NCBI GenBank assembly: GCA_027593235.1
Contig: JAQCIU010000015.1
Coordinates: forward strand, 1-64,000
Source: Chloroflexota bacterium
Lineage (GTDB): Bacteria > Chloroflexota > Dehalococcoidia > UBA2979
Reading direction: 5' to 3'
Length of the DNA stretch: 64,000 nucleotides
In this document: positions 18,602-27,032 of the stretch, in pieces
Numbering within the stretch: the first letter of the stretch is position 1
Layout of the letters: every line of letters starts with the position of its first letter
Position numbers and translations under genes: made by a program
Notes under the pieces: model-generated
What the model was told of the DNA's origin: nothing
Databases searched by the model: none
Seen by the model: only the letters and a program-made list of their open reading frames with translations

Positions 18602-20604
18602 ACCTGCCGCGCCCCGGTCGGGACCTCGATCTCCGCGCGGACCGGAGCAGTGCGTCGGGCCGGGGCGAAGGCAAGGAGGCCGCCGAGCGTGTAGATCGCG
18701 CCACCGATCCAGAGCCACTGGGTGAGCGGATTGATGAACGCCTGGATCTCGGCGTTCTGTTCGCCGTCCCAGCCCTGGATGAAGACGTAGATATCGCGGA
18801 GCAGACTGCCATCGATCGCGACGATCGCGACCGGTTGATTCTCGAAATTGGTGAAGAACCGCTGGCCGGGCTCGAGCCGGGCGACCAGTTCGCCGTCACG
18901 CTCGACACCAACGAGGGCGATGATTTCCTGGTCAATGCCGTTGACCCCCGGCTCGCGTACGCGGAGGCCGCCGTAGCTGAGGCGGTAGTCGCCGACCTCG
19001 AACTGGTCGCCGGGCGCGACGGTGACGCGCACCTGGGTCTGGAAGACGGTTGAGCCGATCACGGCGATGGCGATGACGGCGACGCCGGTGTGCACGAGAT
19101 AGCCGCCGTAGCGGCGGCGGTCGCGTTCGAACAGGGAGCCGAAGGCGGCGAGCCAGTTCCGACCGCTGGCGCGGCGGGCACCGCGCGCGCCGATGTAGTA
19201 CTCCCGCCCACTGACGTAGAGCACGACTACGGCAGCGGAGATCGTCGCGATCGCGAAGGCATCGCGCATCCCAGCCAGGACGAGCGCGATCGGTGCGCCG
19301 ACGAGCACGACGGCGGGTGTGCGCAGGCGACGCGAGAGCGTGCCGGGCGCGGCACGGCGCCAGGGGAGCACGGTTCCGAGGGCGATCAGGAGCAGCATCG
19401 CGATCCAGATCGGACCGGTGGTGTCGCCGAAGAACGGTGGGCCGACGGTGATCCGCGAGCCATCGACAAGCTCGGAGAAGACGGGGAAGAGCGTGCCACC
19501 AAGGACGACGAGCGCGAGTGCGACGAGGACGTAGGTGTTGAGGATCAGCCCGGTCTCGCGGGAGGCGAACGAATCGAAATCGTGCTCCGCGCGCAGCAGC
19601 GGCATACGCCAGGCGAGCAGCACGACCGATACGGCGACGACGATGCCGAGGAGGACGAGGAAATACGGGCCGACCTCGGACTCCGCGAACGAGTGGACGG
19701 AGGCGACGAGGCCGCTGCGGACGTTGAAGGTGCCGAAGACGGCGAGGGCGAAGGCGGAGAGCACGAGGGCGAGGTTCCAGCCCTTCAGCATGCCGCGGCG
19801 CTCCTGGACCATGGCGGCGTGGAGGAAGGCGGTCATTGGGAAGAGCGGGAGGATCGCGGAGTTCTCGACCGGATCCCAGCCCCAGTAGCCGCCCCAGCCG
19901 AGCACGGTGTAGGCCCACCACGCGCCGAGGAAGTTGCCGACGCTGAGGATGAGGAACGATGCGAGCGCCCAGACGCGGGCGTGGCGGAGCCAGGCGGCAT
20001 CCAGGCGTCCGGACAGCAACGCCGCTGCGCCGAGCACGAACGGGATCGAGGTGCTGACCAGCCCGGTGAGTAGGAAAGGCGGGTGAATCAGCATCCCGGG
20101 ATCGACGAGGAGCGGGTTGAGGCCCTGGCCGTCAGCGGGCGTGATCGCGCTGACGCGGAACGGCGAGGCGAAGAAGACGAGCGCGACCAGAAACGCGGCG
20201 AGCGTGAAGCCCATGGTCGCGAGCGCGTGCGGCGCACCCCAGGGGATCTGGCGCAGCGTGGTGGCGGCGAAGACTGCCATGAAGAGCGACATAGTCCAGG
20301 TCCAGAAGAGGAGCGAACCTGGCTGCCCGCTGTAGAGCGATGCCCATTTCATCCAGGGCTGCATGTCCGAGGAGGACACGGACGCGACATGGGCGATCGA
20401 GAAGTCATTCGCCAGCAGCGCGTAGGCCAAGGTGGCGACGGCGAGGCTCATCAGCATGCCGGTGACGAGGATGGCGCGGCGCGACGCGAGGACGAGCCAG
20501 GCTCGTCGGGCGCGGTGACCGTAGACAGCCGCTCCCGCCGCGAACAGCGAGCTAGCCAGTGCAGTCAGGAGCGCGGAGGCTCCCAACGTGGCGATCACGT
20601 TCAC
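18598..20604 (-). CDS. ccmF: Heme lyase CcmF
   Basis: GLNPLL, IHPP, WAY..LGWGGYWGWDPVEN, RSG..SVHSF, YGGYLVH. Confidence 0.96.
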   Translation of the reverse strand: MNVIATLGASALLTALASSLFAAGAAVYGHRARRAWLVLASRRAILVTGMLMSLAVATLAYALLANDFSIAHVASVSSSDMQPWMKWASLYSGQPGSLLFWTWTMSLFMAVFAATTLRQIPWGAPHALATMGFTLAAFLVALVFFASPFRVSAITPADGQGLNPLLVDPGMLIHPPFLLTGLVSTSIPFVLGAAALLSGRLDAAWLRHARVWALASFLILSVGNFLGAWWAYTVLGWGGYWGWDPVENSAILPLFPMTAFLHAAMVQERRGMLKGWNLALVLSAFALAVFGTFNVRSGLVASVHSFAESEVGPYFLVLLGIVVAVSVVLLAWRMPLLRAEHDFDSFASRETGLILNTYVLVALALVVLGGTLFPVFSELVDGSRITVGPPFFGDTTGPIWIAMLLLIALGTVLPWRRAAPGTLSRRLRTPAVVLVGAPIALVLAGMRDAFAIATISAAVVVLYVSGREYYIGARGARRASGRNWLAAFGSLFERDRRRYGGYLVHTGVAVIAIAVIGSTVFQTQVRVTVAPGDQFEVGDYRLSYGGLRVREPGVNGIDQEIIALVGVERDGELVARLEPGQRFFTNFENQPVAIVAIDGSLLRDIYVFIQGWDGEQNAEIQAFINPLTQWLWIGGAIYTLGGLLAFAPARRTAPVRAEIEVPTGARQV

Positions 20605-20646
20605 AGCATGTCCTCCCGCGCGGCACGAGCCGCCGGCCGGGCCTCG

Positions 20647-21180
20647 CTACGAGGCGGGAACCAGGCCGGAGCTTGGCGAATCTGGCGGTGGGGTATCGGA
20701 GAAGAATTCGTTTTCGTGCTTGATCACGAGGTTGCTGGCCTCGAAATGCCCATCGGCGTGGAGCTTGCCTTCGATGACGACGAACGCATTGGCGGTGAAG
20801 AGGTTGGGAACGATGCCGTCGTAGCGGACGGCGATGCGTTCGCCGGTATCGCCGGCGATATCGAAGGCGACGGGGCGACCGTTTTCCTCGACGATTGTGC
20901 CCTCGACGACGCGGCCGCCGACGCGCCAGCGATCGCCCTCGTTACCGGCGATTTGCGCGAGGAACTCGTCCGGTTCGACGTAGTAGGAGAGATCGCCGGA
21001 GGCGGCGCGGAAGGCCAGTGCGCCGATGGCGACGGTGGAGACGAGCAGCAGCAGCAGCAGCCGGTTGCGGTTACTTGAGAGGAATCCTCCGCCGCGATGC
21101 GGCGGAGGTGCTGCAGGTCCGGTGGTCGCCGTGCTCACGGTTGCCGCCTCATGACTCCCCAATCGCCGCAAGTCGTTCAC
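20647..21180 (-). CDS. ccmE: Heme chaperone CcmE
   Basis: TM, YY, RVGGRV, Y.G..P.LF, V.EG, KH heme-binding His. Confidence 0.9.
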   Translation of the reverse strand: MNDLRRLGSHEAATVSTATTGPAAPPPHRGGGFLSSNRNRLLLLLLVSTVAIGALAFRAASGDLSYYVEPDEFLAQIAGNEGDRWRVGGRVVEGTIVEENGRPVAFDIAGDTGERIAVRYDGIVPNLFTANAFVVIEGKLHADGHFEASNLVIKHENEFFSDTPPPDSPSSGLVPAS

Positions 21181-21694
21181 GGAGCGGCGCTTCGGTGAGC
21201 ACGCCGATGTACTTCCGATCGACGACCAGCCCGGGCTTGAGGAAGAACGCCTCCGGGATTGAGATCACACCGTAGTCCAGGTAGGCCGTGCCGTCCCCGT
21301 CGATCACGACTGGGAAGGTGAGGCCATGTCGGTTCACGAACTCGCGAGCGGCGTCCTCGCCATCCCAGATATTGACGCCGACGAAGGTGTAGCCCAGGGC
21401 CTCGTATTCAGGCCAGAGCTTCTGAATCACCGGGGCTTCGTCCTCGCACGGACCGCACCAACTCGCCCAGAAGTAGATGAAGACCGGGGCCGTGGCGTGC
21501 TCGCTGAGGATGAAACGGGATCCATCGAAGCGGGGGAGATCGAAGTCGATGCCGGAAGAGAGGCTGGAATCGGTCGCGCCGACGTCGGTGCCGCCGACAT
21601 CACGGGCGATGGCGACGCCCATCGCGACGATCAAGGCAGCGGCGACCGTCCCCACGGCCGCGACGAGAACGCGGCTGAACTTCCCGCTGCTCAT
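21149..21694 (-). CDS. TlpA/ResA/CcmG-type membrane-anchored thioredoxin
   Basis: N-terminal TM, FWASWCGPC, YGV..IPE. Confidence 0.9.
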   Translation of the reverse strand: MSSGKFSRVLVAAVGTVAAALIVAMGVAIARDVGGTDVGATDSSLSSGIDFDLPRFDGSRFILSEHATAPVFIYFWASWCGPCEDEAPVIQKLWPEYEALGYTFVGVNIWDGEDAAREFVNRHGLTFPVVIDGDGTAYLDYGVISIPEAFFLKPGLVVDRKYIGVLTEAPLRERLAAIGES

Positions 21695-22025
21695 GACGGG
21701 GTCGAGGCTACGTCGGCGTCGGGTGGGGTTCAACGCGTACGAGGAGTGCTCGAACACGAATGCTTTTCGATCGCGGCGGGTGCACGAATGGTTCACATGT
21801 TTGAGCTGATCTTCAGGGGCTCGCGAGGTTGCACCGAGGGACGGAAAACACGAGTGTTTACGGGCGAATTGCGTCGGATAGAGGGGGTGGGGTGGGATCC
21901 GGTATGGAGGTGGTGGGGGCTCGGAATGCTTGACCGCATCGGGGGGCAATGCTACTCACTAGCAGGCGGCGAGCGCCGGGCTGCGCCGCACGGACCAAAC
22001 CCAGCGTGGGATTGGTCTCGCCAAG

Positions 22026-23084
22026 ATGGCATCGCGCCCGGATCGCGGAGGCAAGTGCTTGCGTCCTTCAGCGCGCGCCATCTCACTCACCATCATTTCG
22101 CTCGTATCAGTGCTTGTCGTCTCGTATCTGATCTGGCTCGGGTGGGACGCAACCACCTCGGACCCACAGACGACGCTGTCACCGCTGTCCGACAACGCGG
22201 TTGCGGTGAACGACGTGTACACGCTGATCACGATCCTCGCCGGCATCGTGATGGTCGGCATCCTGACGCTGACGCTCGCCTTCGCGGTGGTGTTCCGCGA
22301 GCGCCCCGGTCGTGAGGCGCAGCAGTTCCACGGCAATCCACGCCTTGAGGTCTTCTGGACGCTGATCCCGGTGATCATCGTGGTTGCGATCGCCGTCCCG
22401 AGCTTCTCGGTCATCATCGATACGACCGGCGACGCGCCGGACGAGTCGCTCGAGGTTGTTGCGTCGGGCCACCAGTGGTGGTTCGAGTTCAGCTACCCGG
22501 ATCTGGGGATCACGACGGCGAACGAGCTGCATATCCCTGTGAACACGCCAATCAACGTCGAACTGCGCTCGGTCGACGTGATCCACTCTTTCTGGGTGCC
22601 ACAGCTCAGCGGCAAGGTGGACATGGTGCCCGGGCACAACAACAAGCTGTGGTTCACGCCGAACACCACGGGCGAATACCTGGGTCAGTGCGCCGAGTTC
22701 TGCGGTACTTCGCACGCAAACATGCGTTTCCGCGTCTTTGTGCAAACACAGGCTGAATTCGACGCGTGGGCTGCATCGCAGTCCGCTGACGCCGCACCGG
22801 CGGAGGGCGACCTGGCCGTCGCCGGGGAGAAGATCGCCACGAGCACGTGCGCGGCCTGTCACACGATTCGCGGCACGACAGCCGCCGGGACGATCGGACC
22901 GGACCTGACGCACGTCGGGTCACGAACGACGATCGCCTCGGGAATCCTCGAAAACAGCGAGGCGGATCTGCGGGCGTGGTTGGCGGACCCGTTGGCCGAG
23001 AAGCCGGGTTCGAAGATGCCGAATCTGAACCTCAGTACCGAGCAGATCGACCAGTTGGTGGCCTACCTGCAGGGGCTCGACTAG
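22026..23084 (+). CDS. coxB: Cytochrome c oxidase subunit II with fused cytochrome c (caa3-type)
   Basis: HGN..LE..WT, QWW, DVIHSFW, CAEFCGTSHANM CuA site, CAACH heme c motif, KMP. Confidence 0.95.
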   Translation: MASRPDRGGKCLRPSARAISLTIISLVSVLVVSYLIWLGWDATTSDPQTTLSPLSDNAVAVNDVYTLITILAGIVMVGILTLTLAFAVVFRERPGREAQQFHGNPRLEVFWTLIPVIIVVAIAVPSFSVIIDTTGDAPDESLEVVASGHQWWFEFSYPDLGITTANELHIPVNTPINVELRSVDVIHSFWVPQLSGKVDMVPGHNNKLWFTPNTTGEYLGQCAEFCGTSHANMRFRVFVQTQAEFDAWAASQSADAAPAEGDLAVAGEKIATSTCAACHTIRGTTAAGTIGPDLTHVGSRTTIASGILENSEADLRAWLADPLAEKPGSKMPNLNLSTEQIDQLVAYLQGLD

Positions 23085-23115
23085 GGATCGGGGTACCACC
23101 CCAGCGCAGGAATCT

Positions 23116-23190
23116 GGACCACCGGGTCCTAACGGAGGCTTGGGCCGCGAGGTCCTAACGGAGGCCCGGGCCGCAAGGCCCTAACGGAGG
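23116..23190 (+). repeat. Three tandem 26-bp units: 5-bp hairpin + TAACGGAGG
   Basis: CCTAACGGAGG at 23128, 23154 and 23180, each preceded by a GG(A/G)CC-N4-GG(T/C)CC stem. Confidence 0.9.
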
Positions 23191-23196
23191 AACGAG

Positions 23197-24999
23197 ATGG
23201 CGACTGCCGCCGGTACCCTGTCGCAACCGTACGAGGAATCCAGCGTCTGGAGCTGGCTGACGACGGTCGATCACAAGAAGATCGGCACGATGTACGGCAT
23301 CAGCGGATTTGTGTTCTTCCTGATCGGCGGCTTTGAAGCGCTGATGATTCGGACCCAGCTCGCGGTGCCGAACGGCACGGTGGTCGACGCGGATCGCTTC
23401 AACCAGCTCTTTACGATGCACGCGCTCACGATGATTTTCCTGGCCATCATGCCGTTGGGTGCCGCCTTCTTTAACTACTTCCTGCCGCTGATGATCGGCG
23501 CGCGCGACGTGGCGTTCCCACGCCTGAATGCACTGTCGTACTGGACGTTCCTCGGGGGCGCGTTGCTGCTGACCAGCAGCTTCATCTTCGGTGGGGCGCC
23601 GGATGGCGGCTGGTTCGCTTACGCGCCGCTGTCCTCGGAAGAGTTCTCGCCGGGCACTGGCCTCGACTTTTACGTCGTTGGACTGTTGATCCTCGGGACG
23701 TCGTCATTGATGGCGTCGCTGAACTTCGCGGTCACGGTCATCAACATGCGTGCGCCGGGACTGAGCATGATGCGGCTCCCGGTATTCATCTGGATGATGT
23801 TGGTCGTCAACTTCCTGCTGATTCTGTCGCTGCCGGTGATCACCGTTGCGTTGATTCAGCTCCTCTTCGACCGCAACTTCACCACGAACTTCTTCACCGC
23901 GAGCGAGGGCGGCGACCCGATCCTCTGGCAGCACCTGTTTTGGGTGTTCGCTCACCCTGAGGTCTACGTCCTGATCCTGCCATCGATGGGCATTGTGTCC
24001 GAGGTGCTCCCGGTCTTCGCGCGGAAGCCGCTGTTCGGGTACTCGGCGGTCGTGTTCGCTGGCGTCGCGATCGCGGTGCTGGGCTTCGCGGTGTGGAGCC
24101 ACCACATGTTCACCACTGGGCTGGACACGGTGCCGCAGGTGGTCTTCTCAGCGAGCACGATGGCGATCGCGGTGCCAACCGGGATCAAGATCTTCAACTG
24201 GCTGGGCACGCTGTACGGCGGCAATCTGCATTTCAATACCGCGATGTACTTTGCGGTGGCGTTTATCGCGCTGTTTACCATCGGTGGCCTGTCCGGCGTG
24301 ATGCACGCGAGCCCGCCGGTGGACAGCCAGCAGCAGGACTCCTACTTCATCGTTGCGCACATCCATTACGTGCTCTTCGGCGGGGCGATCGTCGGGATCT
24401 TCGCAGGCATCTACTACTGGTTCCCGAAGATGACCGGGCGGTTCCTGGACGAGACGCAGGGCAAGCTCAGCTTCTGGCTGCTGTTCGCCGGGATGAACAT
24501 CACCTTCTTCCCCATGCACTTCCTGGGTCTCGCCGGAATGCCGCGCCGGATCTACACGTACGACTCCGACCTGGGCTGGGACACGTGGAACCTGGTGGCG
24601 ACGATTGGGTCTTACACCATTGCCCTCGGAGTCCTGGTGTTCCTGGTGAACTTCTTCCAGACGATGCGGAAGGAGCCGACGGCCGGGGACAACCCGTGGG
24701 ACGCCGCGACGCTGGAGTGGGCGACTAGCTCGCCGCCGCCGGAGCACGACTTCGACGTGATTCCGGTGGTCCGCGACCGCGACCCGCTGTGGTACGACCG
24801 CGACCACGCGATCGCGAAGCCGGAACGGCCCGCGGAGCTACACATTCACCTGCCACCGCCGTCGTACTTCCCGTTGTTGATCGGCGGCGGCATGCTGCTG
24901 CTCGGGGTTGGGGTGCTGTCGCACCTGGCGGTGACGGCGCTGGGCGTCGCGATCATCGTGTATTCGGTGTGGGGTTGGGCGCTGGAGCCCACGGACTAA
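23197..24999 (+). CDS. coxA: Cytochrome c oxidase subunit I (A1-type)
   Basis: DHKKIG, FTMH, AFPRLN, HPEVY, WSHHM, AHIHY, MPRR. Confidence 0.97.
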   Translation: MATAAGTLSQPYEESSVWSWLTTVDHKKIGTMYGISGFVFFLIGGFEALMIRTQLAVPNGTVVDADRFNQLFTMHALTMIFLAIMPLGAAFFNYFLPLMIGARDVAFPRLNALSYWTFLGGALLLTSSFIFGGAPDGGWFAYAPLSSEEFSPGTGLDFYVVGLLILGTSSLMASLNFAVTVINMRAPGLSMMRLPVFIWMMLVVNFLLILSLPVITVALIQLLFDRNFTTNFFTASEGGDPILWQHLFWVFAHPEVYVLILPSMGIVSEVLPVFARKPLFGYSAVVFAGVAIAVLGFAVWSHHMFTTGLDTVPQVVFSASTMAIAVPTGIKIFNWLGTLYGGNLHFNTAMYFAVAFIALFTIGGLSGVMHASPPVDSQQQDSYFIVAHIHYVLFGGAIVGIFAGIYYWFPKMTGRFLDETQGKLSFWLLFAGMNITFFPMHFLGLAGMPRRIYTYDSDLGWDTWNLVATIGSYTIALGVLVFLVNFFQTMRKEPTAGDNPWDAATLEWATSSPPPEHDFDVIPVVRDRDPLWYDRDHAIAKPERPAELHIHLPPPSYFPLLIGGGMLLLGVGVLSHLAVTALGVAIIVYSVWGWALEPTD

Positions 25000-25055
25000 T
25001 CCTTTAGAAGCGGGCGAACCGCGGAGCGTTTCGGCGCGGCGCGCAGGGAGCGGAC

Positions 25056-25652
25056 ATGGCAGCTAGCGAAGCGGCACACGGTGAGCATCACGCATCCGCG
25101 GGTGTTGATAACCGCCTGCTGCTCATGTGGATCTTCCTGGCCTCGGAGTGTCTGTTCTTCGGGTCGCTGATTTCGACATACCTGATCTTCAAAGGCGAGT
25201 CGCTGGTGCGGCCGCTACCCGACGATCTCTTCGACATTCCACTGACCTCGACCAGCACTTTCGTGCTGCTCATTAGCTCATTCACGATGGTGCTTGCGGT
25301 GCACGGAGCGCAGCACGCGCTCCCGAAGATGATGAAGCTGTCGCTGTTGGCGACGATTCTCCTCGGCCTCGTTTTCCTGGGTTTCCAGGTGTACGAGTTC
25401 CGAACGTTCGGCCAAGAGGGGCTGAATCTTTCGACGAACCAGTTCGGAGCGTCGTTCTTCGTCCTGACGGGCTTCCACGGGACGCACGTCGGTGTTGGGG
25501 TCCTGTACCTGTCCTCGATGTTGTTCGGCTCGATGCGGCGGAACGGGCTAGGCAAGGACGTCGGCACGCACCTGGAGATTGCCGGGTTGTACTGGCACTT
25601 CGTCGACATCGTGTGGATCGTGATCTTCACGGTCATCTACTTGATTCCGTAG
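25056..25652 (+). CDS. coxC: Cytochrome c oxidase subunit III
   Basis: WIFLASE..FF, LTGFHGTHV, YWHFVDIVW. Confidence 0.95.
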   Translation: MAASEAAHGEHHASAGVDNRLLLMWIFLASECLFFGSLISTYLIFKGESLVRPLPDDLFDIPLTSTSTFVLLISSFTMVLAVHGAQHALPKMMKLSLLATILLGLVFLGFQVYEFRTFGQEGLNLSTNQFGASFFVLTGFHGTHVGVGVLYLSSMLFGSMRRNGLGKDVGTHLEIAGLYWHFVDIVWIVIFTVIYLIP

Positions 25653-25664
25653 GGAGGCCGCTCA

Positions 25665-26063
25665 ATGGCGAGTAACGCACACGCCGCAGAAGAGTCCCAC
25701 GGGTCACCGCTGGGTCCGAAGCAGTACATCCAGATCACGATCGGTCTGGGCATCATTACCGCGGTCGAGTTAGCCGTGTCCTACGCGGGCCTCGCAACGG
25801 CGGTGTTCGTGCCGATCTTGATCATTCTCTCGGGGGTGAAGTTCGCCGTCGTCGTCGCGCTGTTCATGCACCTGCGGTTCGAGTCCCGATTGTTCACACA
25901 GATGTTCCTGTTTGGTTTGGTGCTGGCGTCGGCGATTTTGATTTCGTTGCTCGCCGTGTTCTGGAACGACCCGTCCGATGCACTCGGCGGGGGTGAACTG
26001 CCACCGCTTGAGGGCCATGGCGCCGCGCACCAGCTATTCCTGGGAGCGCCCGACCAGCTCTAG
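25665..26063 (+). CDS. Cytochrome c oxidase subunit IV (CtaF/CyoD-like)
   Basis: Three TMs, T..E, KF..V..FMHL. Confidence 0.88.
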   Translation: MASNAHAAEESHGSPLGPKQYIQITIGLGIITAVELAVSYAGLATAVFVPILIILSGVKFAVVVALFMHLRFESRLFTQMFLFGLVLASAILISLLAVFWNDPSDALGGGELPPLEGHGAAHQLFLGAPDQL

Positions 26064-26092
26064 TCACGATTTCCCAGATGTGAGGACGAAGG

Positions 26093-26114
26093 CGGGCCGC
26101 GATGCGGCCCGTTT
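26093..26114 (+). terminator. Intrinsic terminator of cox operon
   Basis: CGGGCCGC-GAT-GCGGCCCG followed by TTT. Confidence 0.55.
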
Positions 26115-26187
26115 CCGCGTCTGCTCCCGTCCCGCCGAAGGCGTGTCGCCCTCGAGGGGTGACTCCGGTTGGCGCCGTGGGTGCGTG

Positions 26188-26847
26188 TCAGTCGCTGGTG
26201 CGCGGGAGCAAGTCGTGCGTACCGAAGTCGCGGTCCCAGTCCGCGGGGAGCACCGGCGGCGGGTCCGTGTGTTGCGGGCGCCAGTGCTCCCAATCGGCGC
26301 GGAATGGGTAGGCGCGCCCCTCGAGGCGTCGAATGACCTCGTTGCCGGCGGCGCGGACGCGCGCGTGGTGCGCTGGCGAGTCGATGCCGAGTTCCAGGCG
26401 GCGCGCGAACTCCTCCTCGTCCTTCCACCACCAGCGGCCGTCCGGACGCGCGGCGACGTCGAGGGCGTGATCGCGCGTGTCGATGCCGATCGGGGTGTCG
26501 ACGTAGGGGGCCTCAAGGTTCCCGTACCACCAGTTGAACTTCCAGTCGGGGCCGAAGAGGAGCCAGACGGAGAACGGCTCGTCGCGGAAGTGGAGGCGGA
26601 TGGTGTCGTTGGTCCAGGGGCGGTCGAGCTTCGGGCGATCGGCTGCGGCCGGCAGGGTATCGAGGGCGGCGACACGATCCTCGGGAGCGACGTCGGGCAC
26701 GGACTTAGTCAGGGTGCCGTCCGCGAGGTGGATGGCGAGGACGCGGTCAGAGTCCTCGATGACGCGCGTCGGGATCGCCTGGGCGACGGTGCCGTCGCCG
26801 TCGATGTAGCGAAGGACGAGCGTGTCACCGGCGTTCCAGCGTCCCAT
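26188..26847 (-). CDS. DUF402 (FomD-like) family protein
   Basis: WYGNLE.P, DTRDHALDV, WKDEEEF. Confidence 0.85.
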   Translation of the reverse strand: MGRWNAGDTLVLRYIDGDGTVAQAIPTRVIEDSDRVLAIHLADGTLTKSVPDVAPEDRVAALDTLPAAADRPKLDRPWTNDTIRLHFRDEPFSVWLLFGPDWKFNWWYGNLEAPYVDTPIGIDTRDHALDVAARPDGRWWWKDEEEFARRLELGIDSPAHHARVRAAGNEVIRRLEGRAYPFRADWEHWRPQHTDPPPVLPADWDRDFGTHDLLPRTSD

Positions 26848-26991
26848 GGTGAGAGTATAGGCAGGAATGGAGATGGAGCGGCTGTGGTGCGCTGTGGTCG
26901 TCGCGAGGTGCCAGCTCCGCGGTCTAGGGAGCGTCAGGGGAACCCGATTGACCACCTGCGGCGCGCGGCCTAGGCTGGGGCGGATCGAGGC

Positions 26992-27012
26992 TTTGTGTAT
27001 CGAGTACACAAA
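26992..27012. promoter_or_regulatory. 21-bp palindromic operator, NrtR-like
   Basis: TTTGTGTA-TCGAG-TACACAAA with GT-N7-AC core, 20 bp upstream of nadE start. Confidence 0.65.
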
Positions 27013-27032
27013 CAGCACCGAACGGACTCGCC

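Noticed and set aside
23116-23190. Mini CRISPR array
   Set aside because: Period is only 26 bp, the variable part is itself a conserved hairpin, and no cas genes are present
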